The notes under the pieces are model-generated. The model was given only the letters and a program-made list of their open reading frames with translations, was not told where the DNA came from and did not search any database. Made by a program: the position numbers and the translations under genes. 64,000 bases of DNA from Escherichia phage vB-Eco-KMB43: sequence record OR525698.1. One strand, given 5' to 3'. Shown piece after piece: positions 41,495-50,961 of the stretch; within the stretch, counting starts at the first letter, position 1; each line of letters starts with the position of its first letter.

Positions 41495-42265
41495 ATGAAT
41501 ATTATCCGAATAAAACTACCGGAAGGTGTGCAGAGATTTAAACCCTTCACGGTAAAAGATTATAGAGATTTCCTTCTGGTGTCAACTGAAATTAAGATGA
41601 ATCCAGAAGAAGAACAAACGATTCTGGATGAGCTATTAGAAGAAATATATCCAGAAGTAGATCCGGCATTTCGTGAATATATTTTCCTGAATGTCTTTAC
41701 TAGTTCAATTGGTAAAACTAAGATACCGCTTTGTTTTACTTGCCCGACTTGCAACAAAGAAAGAAAAATGTTGCTTAACTTACAGGTTGAAGCACTAAAA
41801 CCAATCGTTCTAGAGGCCGCAGGGCTTAAAATAACTTTCCGGTATGTTAAACCATCAACCGACTATGCAAAAACGTTTCTGGATGCGATAGAGCGTGTAT
41901 CTGATGGTATTAATGATTATCTATGGACTGAATTACCGGAAGAAGTTAGAGAACAGGTTATCGATTCAATCTCATTTGCTGAATTTGAAGAAGTTGTTAA
42001 GCAGATGCACACAATCAAGATCGAACAAAAGATATCTTGTTGTGAAAGTCATGACCTGAAATACATAGGTCTTCTTCCATTGTTCAAATTGTTGTTGAAT
42101 CCAGATGAGTTATTCATCTTTTATCGAATAAACCATCTATTGGCAAAATCAAATTATTCTATCAGTGATCTTATGGACATGTTACCCGTCGAGAGAAACA
42201 TTGCACTGACACTGGTCGAGAAAGACGTAAAAGAGGCAAACAATGCAAAGAACGGGGTTTCCTAA
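41495..42265 (+). CDS. gp51: baseplate hub assembly protein gp51
   Basis: 256 aa (T4 gp51 249 aa); divergent from gp26; CPTCNKERK motif. Confidence 0.5.
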   Translation: MNIIRIKLPEGVQRFKPFTVKDYRDFLLVSTEIKMNPEEEQTILDELLEEIYPEVDPAFREYIFLNVFTSSIGKTKIPLCFTCPTCNKERKMLLNLQVEALKPIVLEAAGLKITFRYVKPSTDYAKTFLDAIERVSDGINDYLWTELPEEVREQVIDSISFAEFEEVVKQMHTIKIEQKISCCESHDLKYIGLLPLFKLLLNPDELFIFYRINHLLAKSNYSISDLMDMLPVERNIALTLVEKDVKEANNAKNGVS

Positions 42266-43352
42266 TGTCTCAATAAAACTTTATCAGGATTATGAGGCAT
42301 TTCTAAATCATCGCTTTATAGAATTGGGTGCTACCTTTGTTACAATGACTCTGCGTGATTCGATTCGTGGGGTGAACGAAGGATTGTTGCAATTCTATGA
42401 TAATAAGGCGATGCATACAAAATTAAACGGGAGAGAGATCATTCAGATTTCTCTATCCACTGCTAATACAGATGAAGTGTTTAACCGAATCTATGGGATC
42501 TCTCATAGTAATGTAACAATTGACCAAAAATCAGACAACATTTTAACATTCCAGTTAAAGAGTTATCATGAAACCCTAAACCTTAAATTTTCTAGCTCAT
42601 TGACAAATAACGCTGTTAATAACGTAACTAGTATGATTGATGCCATCTATAAGGAAGTTCCTTTATGGAAACCTACTATAAAGGGTGATAACGTTGTTAT
42701 TCCTCGTTGTCCGTGGGTTAGTACCATAAATGACTATATGGATTTTGTTAGGGCATACGGGCAAAGCGTAGAAACCGAGTCTTTCGTGTATTGCTGGGAA
42801 GATTTTGATGGTATAACGATCGCTGGACACGATACAATATTAAAAAATGAGCCAATACCAGCTATAATCTGTGAGCCTAGACTCATGGGGCAATTTATTG
42901 ATATGTCGCCTAATCTGATGGTTTTTAATTTCGAGTGGCAGACTAAGAGCAATGCTAAAGTTAAAAATTCATTTAGCAATGTGACATACACAACTATTGA
43001 TTTTGTTACTAAGCAGTATAATAAAATTATTGTTGGTAATGGGGATAATATTGCACACTTTGCTCATGGCGGCGCTTATGGCGATTTAACTTATAAGAAT
43101 GCGTTTTTGGAAGGTTCTAAACTTGCCACAATAGAACAATATGATTCATATGCTACCGCCGTGTGTCACGGTAATTTTTCGTTGCGCCCTGGTATGGTTA
43201 TTCGATTCTTTGATGAGAAGCAACAAGCACGCAATGATTTTATTGTTGACGAAGTTGTGCATGAAATTAGCCGAGAGCAATCATTAACTCACCTGTATAT
43301 GATCGGTAACAGCGAAGAATTACAGGAAGTCAAATTTGAAGGTAAGATATAA
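42243..43352 (+). CDS. gp27: baseplate hub protein gp27
   Basis: 369 aa; position before gp29-like ORF. Confidence 0.6.
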   Translation: MQRTGFPNVSIKLYQDYEAFLNHRFIELGATFVTMTLRDSIRGVNEGLLQFYDNKAMHTKLNGREIIQISLSTANTDEVFNRIYGISHSNVTIDQKSDNILTFQLKSYHETLNLKFSSSLTNNAVNNVTSMIDAIYKEVPLWKPTIKGDNVVIPRCPWVSTINDYMDFVRAYGQSVETESFVYCWEDFDGITIAGHDTILKNEPIPAIICEPRLMGQFIDMSPNLMVFNFEWQTKSNAKVKNSFSNVTYTTIDFVTKQYNKIIVGNGDNIAHFAHGGAYGDLTYKNAFLEGSKLATIEQYDSYATAVCHGNFSLRPGMVIRFFDEKQQARNDFIVDEVVHEISREQSLTHLYMIGNSEELQEVKFEGKI

Positions 43353-45058
43353 TGACAGAAACTAAACCTATGTTAAAATTTGTTGTTCCTGTAAAAAAAT
43401 TAGAGATAAACGGGAAACATATCAAGATCCCAAAAATGGGGATTAAGCAACATCGATTATTAAAAGATGTTCGTAGCTGTGATGAAACATTAAAGATTCT
43501 TCTTGATTCAATCTGTCCTGGGTTAAACGCTGCCGAGTCTGAATTGGTTATGCTTAACCTTTGTGCGTATGAAGAATTGCAAAAACTCAATAATTTCTCT
43601 TCTCAGATGAATGAGAAATTACGTGGTTTTGGTGTTATGATGGAACGTAGATTTGGTGTTGTCAGTAAAATGGCTAGCGGTATTGGTGCGATTGAAGAAG
43701 CACTGAAAAAACCGGAACAACCGCAAACAATGCCATCACCTCAGCCAGTTTTGCCTACTGTACCGGAACAGCCTAATAATGACAACTATCAAGGTCTTCC
43801 AAAGAAAAAACCAGATGTTGAGGAACGGAAGAAAAAGAACGCCGCAGATAAGCGCAATGCGGATTCTATGGAAAATCTTCTTAAAGTTGTTCGTGGAGGA
43901 TTTAAAGAAACCATAGGTATCTCTAATAAGGTCTTAGGGATGTTATTTAAGATCACCTTGACCGCTATGGCAGAAGCCGCAAAATGGGGCGCTATTTTGA
44001 TGGGTATTGTTTTTGCCATTGATACCCTTATGATTCATTTCAGATATTGGAGTGATTTATTCGAAACAAAATTTGATGAATTTATGGATAAAGCCGGAGA
44101 ATGGGCTGGACCCATTAGTGATATTCTAACAACTATTCGTCAAGTTCGAGATTATTGGTCTAAAGGTGAATATGGAGAATTAATTAAATCTCTTGTTATG
44201 GGTATTGGTGATGCATTCTATAAAACCTTTATCCAACTTGATCGAATTATCACTACTGGTATTGCTAAAATTCTTCGCATGATCCCTGGTATGGGTGATT
44301 ATGCCGATAAGTTAGAATATGGTGCTTTAAAATCTGCTGTCGCTCAAGGTTATACGCCAAATGAAAGAGAACTCGAATTAATGGATAAGGTCGAGTCTGA
44401 ACACGAAGAGGACAAATACGGGGAGCGTACTGGTTGGACCGGAAAAGCCCGTGATATTGGTGAGGCTATCGGTGACTCCATTAAAGATAAAGTTAACGAG
44501 GGTCTTGTTAGTCTGGGTTGGAGAGATCAAAAGGATGTTGACGCAGAGAAGCGACAAGAAGAATTAAAGCGCGGAGAATATGAGTCTGTTTCTGCTGAAC
44601 AACGATCTGCTAGTCGTAAACTTAGAATTAAAAGTGAGGGCGCGATCAACAATATTAATGAAGTTATGGAGAATTTGAGCGGTGACTATGACAAAGAAAG
44701 AATGGGAGAGTTGAAAAAGGATATTGATGTTTACCGTGAGCAAGTTCAAGATCCTACATTAGTTGAAAGTGATCGTTCTCAGTTAGAGCGTCTTATTGAA
44801 AAATTTGATGAGATGTATGCTGATAAAACTAAGGGTGTTGTGCAAACACAGCCGGTTCCTGCAACTGAAACGGAAACAGCAAAACAAGCGGAACGTACTG
44901 AACAAATGCAGAAACAAGCTGCAATCCAGAAACAAACGACAAATCAGACCTCAAACGTAAATAATACACAAATTGTAACAAACAATAGAACTATTAAACA
45001 GGGTGCACCAACAACTAGAATTGATGCCCCCGGTACAATTAATATGGGGAACTTTTAA
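43352..45058 (+). CDS. gp29: baseplate hub / tail-length determinant gp29-like protein
   Basis: 568 aa with central hydrophobic/helical segments; position between gp27 and gp48; no separate gp28-sized ORF present. Confidence 0.5.
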   Translation: MTETKPMLKFVVPVKKLEINGKHIKIPKMGIKQHRLLKDVRSCDETLKILLDSICPGLNAAESELVMLNLCAYEELQKLNNFSSQMNEKLRGFGVMMERRFGVVSKMASGIGAIEEALKKPEQPQTMPSPQPVLPTVPEQPNNDNYQGLPKKKPDVEERKKKNAADKRNADSMENLLKVVRGGFKETIGISNKVLGMLFKITLTAMAEAAKWGAILMGIVFAIDTLMIHFRYWSDLFETKFDEFMDKAGEWAGPISDILTTIRQVRDYWSKGEYGELIKSLVMGIGDAFYKTFIQLDRIITTGIAKILRMIPGMGDYADKLEYGALKSAVAQGYTPNERELELMDKVESEHEEDKYGERTGWTGKARDIGEAIGDSIKDKVNEGLVSLGWRDQKDVDAEKRQEELKRGEYESVSAEQRSASRKLRIKSEGAINNINEVMENLSGDYDKERMGELKKDIDVYREQVQDPTLVESDRSQLERLIEKFDEMYADKTKGVVQTQPVPATETETAKQAERTEQMQKQAAIQKQTTNQTSNVNNTQIVTNNRTIKQGAPTTRIDAPGTINMGNF

Positions 45059-46116
45059 TGAAAATTAGTGTTATCAATGATGCCGTTGATAGCTTTAAAG
45101 CGGGGGTTAAAACCTCCGCTGGTTTTACCTCAAAAAATAAAGGGAAAACATTAACCGCTCAATTCCCCGCTGAACGTGCTAGCGGTAATGATGCTAGCGG
45201 TTATTATATCAACGACTTATATAATAATGGTCTGTTATTCACTGCATACGATTACACCTCTCGTACTACTGGATCGCTGCGTGATTTCAGGAAAAAGAAA
45301 AATGTTGCTAGCGGTTTTGGTGGTAGCGTTAATATCGCTGGTTTTGATTTAAATTTGGGTGGGAGAAATGCTGCATTTGACCGAGAGGCAATTGCTAATA
45401 TTCTTCTTCCTCGTAGTCAATCTGACGTTGACGCTGCCAGCCATAAGTTTAATGATGTTGGTGAATCTGTTATTTCTCGCGGCGGTGGTACTTTAGGCGG
45501 TGCTCTTTCTAATATGGCATCTACTGCCGTTTTTGGTGGTATCGAAAGTATTACTGGTGGATACCTTGCCGATCACGGTGAACAGATTTATAATACTGCG
45601 CGAAGCATGTATGCGGGTGCTGATGCACGAACTAAAAACTACGTATGGCATCTAACCCCACGTAGTATTGAAGACCTTCGCAATATTCTGATCATATACG
45701 AAACGTTTTTAGAATTGTCTTATGGTTCTAGTGGCATTTCCAGCACCGCAAAAGAATTAAAAGCGGAAGTTGATGCGTGGTATAAAAATACACTATTGAG
45801 AAAATCCACCCCAGAGGAAGCGAAGAGAAATGATACTCTGTTTGAAGGGATCACCGATTTTCTATCAAACGTAATTACTGTATCTAACCCGACAATATGG
45901 ATGATCTCTAACTTCGGCAAGCGTACATCGTTTGAAGGGCGTAGCGATGCATTTGGTCCCGCTCAGATCTCAAGTGTACGTCTGGACAAGTCGCCTGATG
46001 GTAAGTTTAATGGCCTTGCTATTTCTCCTAACTTGCCGAGTACCTTTGTTCTGGAAGTATCATTTAGAGAGATCTTGACACTTTCCCGTGGTACTATATT
46101 TGGGAGTGCGGCATAA
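45058..46116 (+). CDS. gp48: baseplate tail-tube junction protein gp48
   Basis: 352 aa; C-terminal tube-like motif TFVLEVSFREI; synteny. Confidence 0.6.
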   Translation: MKISVINDAVDSFKAGVKTSAGFTSKNKGKTLTAQFPAERASGNDASGYYINDLYNNGLLFTAYDYTSRTTGSLRDFRKKKNVASGFGGSVNIAGFDLNLGGRNAAFDREAIANILLPRSQSDVDAASHKFNDVGESVISRGGGTLGGALSNMASTAVFGGIESITGGYLADHGEQIYNTARSMYAGADARTKNYVWHLTPRSIEDLRNILIIYETFLELSYGSSGISSTAKELKAEVDAWYKNTLLRKSTPEEAKRNDTLFEGITDFLSNVITVSNPTIWMISNFGKRTSFEGRSDAFGPAQISSVRLDKSPDGKFNGLAISPNLPSTFVLEVSFREILTLSRGTIFGSAA

Positions 46117-46646
46117 TGTTTGATTTAAATGACTTTAACGAACAAGCCGCTAACCTTGACTTTCAGCGATCGAACTTATTCAGCGTGGCATTTGCCACCA
46201 CTCCAAGTAATAAGACACAAGCGATCCTAGAAAGTATGGGTGGTGCGGTATATGATATTATACCAAATGCATTAAATGACTATTTCGGGATTACTCGTGG
46301 TGATTATACTGACGCATTAACAAATCTTGCTGTGCAGGGTGTTAGGCGTGCTGTTGATTCATCTGGTGTCAAAAAGTATCTTTTAGGTGCAATGTCATCC
46401 CGCGTAGTTCAATCTCTTCTGGGGCAATTTGATGTTGGTACATATGCGCTTGACTGGTTCAATCTGGCATATAAGACAAGCGGTCTTCTGGTGTATGCTG
46501 TTAAGGTTCCAGAAAACAGATTGAATTATGAAATGGACCGTAACCACAATGCGCCAAACATTCGATTAATGGTAAGTGTCTGGAAGAAAAAGATGGTCTT
46601 AAGCTGTCTGATGTGTATATTTGTACAGAGACTGAATTTACTTTAA
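46116..46646 (+). CDS. gp54: gp54-like tail-tube initiator, N-terminal segment (frame interrupted)
   Basis: N-terminus MFDLNDFNEQAANLDFQRSNLFSVAF parallels gp19 N-terminus; last ~18 codons look like out-of-frame read-through. Confidence 0.45.
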   Translation: MFDLNDFNEQAANLDFQRSNLFSVAFATTPSNKTQAILESMGGAVYDIIPNALNDYFGITRGDYTDALTNLAVQGVRRAVDSSGVKKYLLGAMSSRVVQSLLGQFDVGTYALDWFNLAYKTSGLLVYAVKVPENRLNYEMDRNHNAPNIRLMVSVWKKKMVLSCLMCIFVQRLNLL

Positions 46647-46867
46647 ATGGTAAAGTCTTTAAATTTAAAAATCCAATGTATACTTCTGACCCCATTATCG
46701 ATGACGCTGATTTCTTGAGTCATCATTATCACGATCCTAGTGTAGACTTCCATGATTTCCCAGCTTTTATTATGGATTGGGCTACAGGATTAAGAAAAAC
46801 TATTGCACTGGATACACCGGAAGGTACTATCTATGGTGGAATTAACATATTGGATCGCCTATCATGA
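46613..46867 (+). other. middle open frame within the gp54 region (frame 2, GTG-initiated in ORF track)
   Basis: frame open from 46544 to 46867, overlapping the 3' end of the previous segment by ~100 nt. Confidence 0.3.
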
Positions 46868-46972
46868 ATGACGCATTAACATCATTTCGCGGGATGCGCA
46901 AGGAAGCGGAAGAAAACCCGATTGATAAACTTAACAAATTAGATAAACGGACGTGATTTCGATCCGCTTGTA

Positions 46973-47425
46973 TTGAGCTTTAGAATGGACTCTAGCGCAT
47001 CAAACTATCGAGCAATGCAGGATTGGGTTAACTCAGTAGAAGACCCCGTTACAGGGCTTCGTGCGCTTCCTGTTGACGTTGAAGCAGATATTCAGGTTAA
47101 CTTACATAACCGAATGGGAGTTCCTCACACGATCATGATGTTTAATGGTTGTGTTCCTGTTGGTGTGAGTGCACCGGAATTAACCTATGAAAATAACAAC
47201 GAAATAACAACATTCGATGTTACTTTCGCATATCGTTCTATGCAAACTGGTGCTGTAGGAGAGCAAGCCGCGCGAGAATGGATTGAGGATAAGGCAATAA
47301 ACGCAATAACAAACACTTTCGGCAATAATTTACTTGATAGTGGGTTATCTGCTGCTGGTAATGCTTTATCGCGTCTAAATGGCGTTGGTGGGCGTGTGGT
47401 GAATACTGTCACTAACTGGTTCTGA
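46973..47425 (+). CDS. gp54: gp54-like tail-tube initiator, C-terminal segment
   Basis: contains tube C-terminal motif PELTYENNNEITTFDVTFAY paralleling gp19 EVTLDWEQNNEVETFEVTFAI; frame open from 46943. Confidence 0.45.
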   Translation: MSFRMDSSASNYRAMQDWVNSVEDPVTGLRALPVDVEADIQVNLHNRMGVPHTIMMFNGCVPVGVSAPELTYENNNEITTFDVTFAYRSMQTGAVGEQAAREWIEDKAINAITNTFGNNLLDSGLSAAGNALSRLNGVGGRVVNTVTNWF

Positions 47426-47433
47426 TAATCGAA

Positions 47434-47460
47434 AGGCGGGGATTATCCCCGCCTTTTTAT
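47434..47460 (+). terminator. rho-independent terminator after gene 54
   Basis: AGGCGGGGATTATCCCCGCCT hairpin followed by TTTTTATTTT. Confidence 0.65.
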
Positions 47461-47942
47461 TTTGCTAAATCATTGCAATATTTTAGTGCCTTAGTTTGAA
47501 ATTCTGCGCTGTTAAGTTCTTCATAACGGTCATAATCACCGTTTAATGCTGCTTTTCTTGCTTCTTGCTCTATCTGCATGTCAGACATGATAATACAGCG
47601 ATCCCGTGCTTTCATCTTCTCAAGTTGTATAAACTCTTCTTTCTGTTTGCGCAATTCTTCTTGACGCTTCTTTTCTTCTCGTGCTTTCTCTTCCCGCGCT
47701 TCTTTGATTGCATCCTTGAACATCTGCGTTTGTGGTGCTAAACCAACTTTAACGCGACCCACGTCTCGACGTTCCATTTTAGAAATAAAGCATGATTCGA
47801 TCTGATCATCACTTGCATATGCTGCTTTACATTCACGAAGCAAGAAAACCGGATCTGATTTAGCATTCATCATAGCTTCCATGTTAGCACAACCAGTAAG
47901 CATGAATGCAGACGCAAGACCAATTAGTTTAATCATTTTCAT
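47457..47942 (-). CDS. predicted lipoprotein with charged coiled-coil region
   Basis: 161 aa; signal peptide plus lipobox LTGC (MKMIKLIGLASAFMLTGC); Lys/Glu-rich helical segment. Confidence 0.5.
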   Translation of the reverse strand: MKMIKLIGLASAFMLTGCANMEAMMNAKSDPVFLLRECKAAYASDDQIESCFISKMERRDVGRVKVGLAPQTQMFKDAIKEAREEKAREEKKRQEELRKQKEEFIQLEKMKARDRCIIMSDMQIEQEARKAALNGDYDRYEELNSAEFQTKALKYCNDLAK

Positions 47943-48763
47943 TTAGTCACCTCACCGAAAATTGTAAATTGTCTACGATTCTCATCGCCGAAAGATTCTA
48001 CTACGTCGTTTACCTTGACGCAAGTCCCGCGCGGTAAAATTACTTCACATTCGCAAGGATTCCATGCAATTGACCCAACAACAAAACCTTTATGATCTTT
48101 TACGTCAATTACCCACGATACATTACAAGAATGTTGCATCTTTCCGGTCATCGATTCATATCGATTCTCACAATAAAGGCTAGTGCTGTTTGATAGCCAT
48201 CCTCCAAAGATGATCGGTGTCATGCTGGTCGATACAAAGTTTTTAAAGGTAAACTCCTTATCTTCAATGATGCGCTCTATTGTCTGAATGTCAAGATGTT
48301 GACCGCGATAAAGAGTACCGTTTAACTTTTCGGTTTTATCCATGACACAATCCATCAAATCGACAATCTCTGATATCTCGTCGGTCATGTCTTCTTCCCC
48401 TAAGAGAGCACCATTTACCCATTCGTATTGTTCAGATACATAATCACAGATTGCATTATATTCTGCTGGGGTTATGTTGTTATGTTTGTAATGTTTGAAT
48501 ACATTATCTCCAAAGTCTTCGGAATGTACTTCATACATCACATTAATGATTTTCTTGACAAATCCATAATCTTGTGTCTCGCGCTCAAGGAAGCGGATAA
48601 CCTTCACATAATCATCAAAGTTAATCTGATCGCTGATCATCTCAGTGATCATGTAACCATTAATCCCCTCAATGTCATATGTTTCAATATAATTGTCCAT
48701 ACGTTCCATCATTGATTCGCGTGATTCTTCCGAAAGACGAAAATCCTGTAATTTCTTGAACAT
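47939..48763 (-). CDS. ADP-ribosyltransferase, Alt-like paralogue (short)
   Basis: 274 aa; R-S-ExE motifs TLYRGQHL, FVSTSMTP, CECEVILPRG shared with the Alt ORF. Confidence 0.55.
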   Translation of the reverse strand: MFKKLQDFRLSEESRESMMERMDNYIETYDIEGINGYMITEMISDQINFDDYVKVIRFLERETQDYGFVKKIINVMYEVHSEDFGDNVFKHYKHNNITPAEYNAICDYVSEQYEWVNGALLGEEDMTDEISEIVDLMDCVMDKTEKLNGTLYRGQHLDIQTIERIIEDKEFTFKNFVSTSMTPIIFGGWLSNSTSLYCENRYESMTGKMQHSCNVSWVIDVKDHKGFVVGSIAWNPCECEVILPRGTCVKVNDVVESFGDENRRQFTIFGEVTK

Positions 48764-48842
48764 TTTAAACCTCCCATATAACAGAAAACGGGGCTAGTAT
48801 AAAACTAGTCCCCGTTTGAGTCAACCATTATTTCTTAAAAAA
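48764..48842 (-). promoter_or_regulatory. intergenic hairpin plus sigma70-like promoter (minus strand) between alt and the alt-like gene
   Basis: on minus strand TTGACT (plus 48809-48814), 17-bp spacer, TATACT (plus 48786-48791); imperfect palindrome AACGGGGCTAGT..ACTAGTCCCCGTT. Confidence 0.4.
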
Positions 48843-50894
48843 TTACATTTTAAATTTATCTGGCATTGCGTCTACAGATACCAGATCAGCGATAAGCTGA
48901 CGTAGAGTTGCCTTATCTGCTTTCTTACGTTCGGTTTTAGCTTCGCTAATGAAGCTGGAGAAAGACAGGTCAGAAGCAGGTTTAATAACACCTTCACGGA
49001 TGAATGCATCACCGTCTGCGATCATCTCGCCAGATTCTTGTAATGCTGCCAGTTCATTTTTGTTCATAATATGTGCCTCAATGTAATAAGTTTCTTGTGA
49101 ATCCGTCGATGCCGTAGCACGAGTTACCGTATCAAAGGATAACACAACACCGCGAGGAAGTAAAATCTCGCATTCTTTGTAAGCAAATGCTTTGTTACCT
49201 ACTGGCAACACAGGGATGTTTTCCGCGCCAGCAATGGAGAAAGCAACATTAGCGCCACCTTCACCGCGAGAGCCAGCCATAGAATCAACACCAGCAACGG
49301 CACTAGCCACGTTTGCATTCCAGCCGCCAAAAATGTTAGGTGCAAGGGAAGTGCTCACATAGTTTTTAAAGTAAAACGCTTTTTGCTTACGTGCAGTTTC
49401 CCACATTTGAGTCCGGAAGTCCATACCACGATACAGAATAGTACCCGGATCAAGTTTAACGCCATAGTTGGAGAAGGCATTATCCAGTGCATCGCACATC
49501 TTGACCAATTCTTCTGGATCTGCGATGCCTTCAAACTCTTCCAGCTTACGATCAGTTAGGAAGTTGTTCATATTGATGTATGCTGCATCGGCATATTCGC
49601 TCAATACAAAACCTTCCGCGCCCGGCAGATCAAGATCAATATCTGCCATCATTTCACCCATGTTGCTAGCAATTGCTTCAAACATACCGGAAGCAACATT
49701 ACGTAGGGCATCGGTTTTAATCTGGGTGATATGACTACGCAGCATTTCAGCTTTTACATCTGCTGGCATAGACTGGTCTACTCGATCCATTGCCAGGGCG
49801 GTGATCTTGTTTTCGAATACTTCCTCGCTCATGATTTCTTTTAAGCGTTTGATTGATGCTGCGATAACTTCCGCAGACAACGGATCATATTGATCCTGAA
49901 CTTTTACCAGTTCGCTTACTGCGTATTTTGCATCTGCTTCGCTTTCAAAAATAGTACGCATGAAACCATAGCGAGTGATAATATCACTTGTCCAGTCATT
50001 CAGAGAACGGGCGGTTGAACGTTCTAATGCTTGACGATCAATCAGAGTATTAAACTGTTTCTTAGGTTCGGCTTCGGTGATATCTTCTTCCGGTTTAAGA
50101 TTAATTTTTTCTGGATGATTCACATAGTCGCTGTTATAGGTCGCTTGAGTTTTCAGCATTTCTTCTTTAGTCAAACGAGATTTAGCCGCTACGCGTTGTT
50201 CTGCTTCCGCGTTTCGTTCTTCTTCTGACACAAGACTAGCCGCATACGCCTCATCTTTAGTCAGAGATTCACCAGTAGCCTTAGATACCCAGCGATCACC
50301 TAAATCACTTTCTACTTTAGTGAACAAGGATTCATCAAGTTTAATCCCTTTAATCTTATCAATCGCCATCCCGCGACGCTTGACAACAACTAAAGCGATC
50401 TTTTTGCTGGTCATTACTTCCTGCTGGAATACTTCAAACTTCGGTGTACGACGCACCAAACGCTCTATAACGCGCTTAACCAGTTCGGTCTTACCTTTCA
50501 TGCGGGATACGTTAAAACGGAACATAACAGCGTCTAATTGCGCTTTACGGGCTGTTTCCATAACCACATCAAAAGCACTTGCCATAACTGCAATCGGGTT
50601 ATCTCCTAGACCATTTTTAAGCTGTACAATACGACCGCTTTTGTTCATTTCGCACAGTACAACATGTGCGGTCTTGTCACCCATACGAATGATTTTAGGT
50701 GTTTTGTTGGTGAAGTTACAAAGACGGACAATCACATCTTTATCGCGTGTCTGTACTGCAAAAAGCTGTTTAGGATTCTGCTTAGGCTTTAAGCACTGTA
50801 CCGGAGCAATACTGCCAAAGTTTTCTTCCTCTTCCGTCAACAGCCATTTCTCGAAAGATTCAATCATTAGATCGTCGATTTCTAAGTTAAACAT
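48843..50894 (-). CDS. alt: Alt ADP-ribosyltransferase
   Basis: 683 aa (T4 Alt 682 aa); ART motifs ILYRGMDF, YVSTSLAP, KECEILLPRG near C-terminus. Confidence 0.7.
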   Translation of the reverse strand: MFNLEIDDLMIESFEKWLLTEEEENFGSIAPVQCLKPKQNPKQLFAVQTRDKDVIVRLCNFTNKTPKIIRMGDKTAHVVLCEMNKSGRIVQLKNGLGDNPIAVMASAFDVVMETARKAQLDAVMFRFNVSRMKGKTELVKRVIERLVRRTPKFEVFQQEVMTSKKIALVVVKRRGMAIDKIKGIKLDESLFTKVESDLGDRWVSKATGESLTKDEAYAASLVSEEERNAEAEQRVAAKSRLTKEEMLKTQATYNSDYVNHPEKINLKPEEDITEAEPKKQFNTLIDRQALERSTARSLNDWTSDIITRYGFMRTIFESEADAKYAVSELVKVQDQYDPLSAEVIAASIKRLKEIMSEEVFENKITALAMDRVDQSMPADVKAEMLRSHITQIKTDALRNVASGMFEAIASNMGEMMADIDLDLPGAEGFVLSEYADAAYINMNNFLTDRKLEEFEGIADPEELVKMCDALDNAFSNYGVKLDPGTILYRGMDFRTQMWETARKQKAFYFKNYVSTSLAPNIFGGWNANVASAVAGVDSMAGSRGEGGANVAFSIAGAENIPVLPVGNKAFAYKECEILLPRGVVLSFDTVTRATASTDSQETYYIEAHIMNKNELAALQESGEMIADGDAFIREGVIKPASDLSFSSFISEAKTERKKADKATLRQLIADLVSVDAMPDKFKM

Positions 50895-50940
50895 TTTATA
50901 TCCTCTAGTTGATAACCTATAAACCTATATTTATGAAAAA

Positions 50941-50955
50941 GGGGCTTAACGCCCC
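50941..50955 (-). terminator. hairpin terminator (minus strand)
   Basis: GGGGCTTAACGCCCC palindrome with T-run on the minus strand. Confidence 0.5.
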
Positions 50956-50961
50956 CATTTA

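Noticed and set aside
46853-46966. A gene-60-style translational bypass joining the second and third gp54 segments
   Set aside because: Only loosely similar take-off and landing sequences (GATCGCCT / GATCCGCT) and a gap about twice that of the known T4 bypass. Too speculative to call from sequence alone; kept only as one alternative under the gp54 finding.
50320-50922. 200-aa plus-strand ORF inside alt
   Set aside because: Antisense to the well-supported Alt frame; no promoter or ribosome-binding site.
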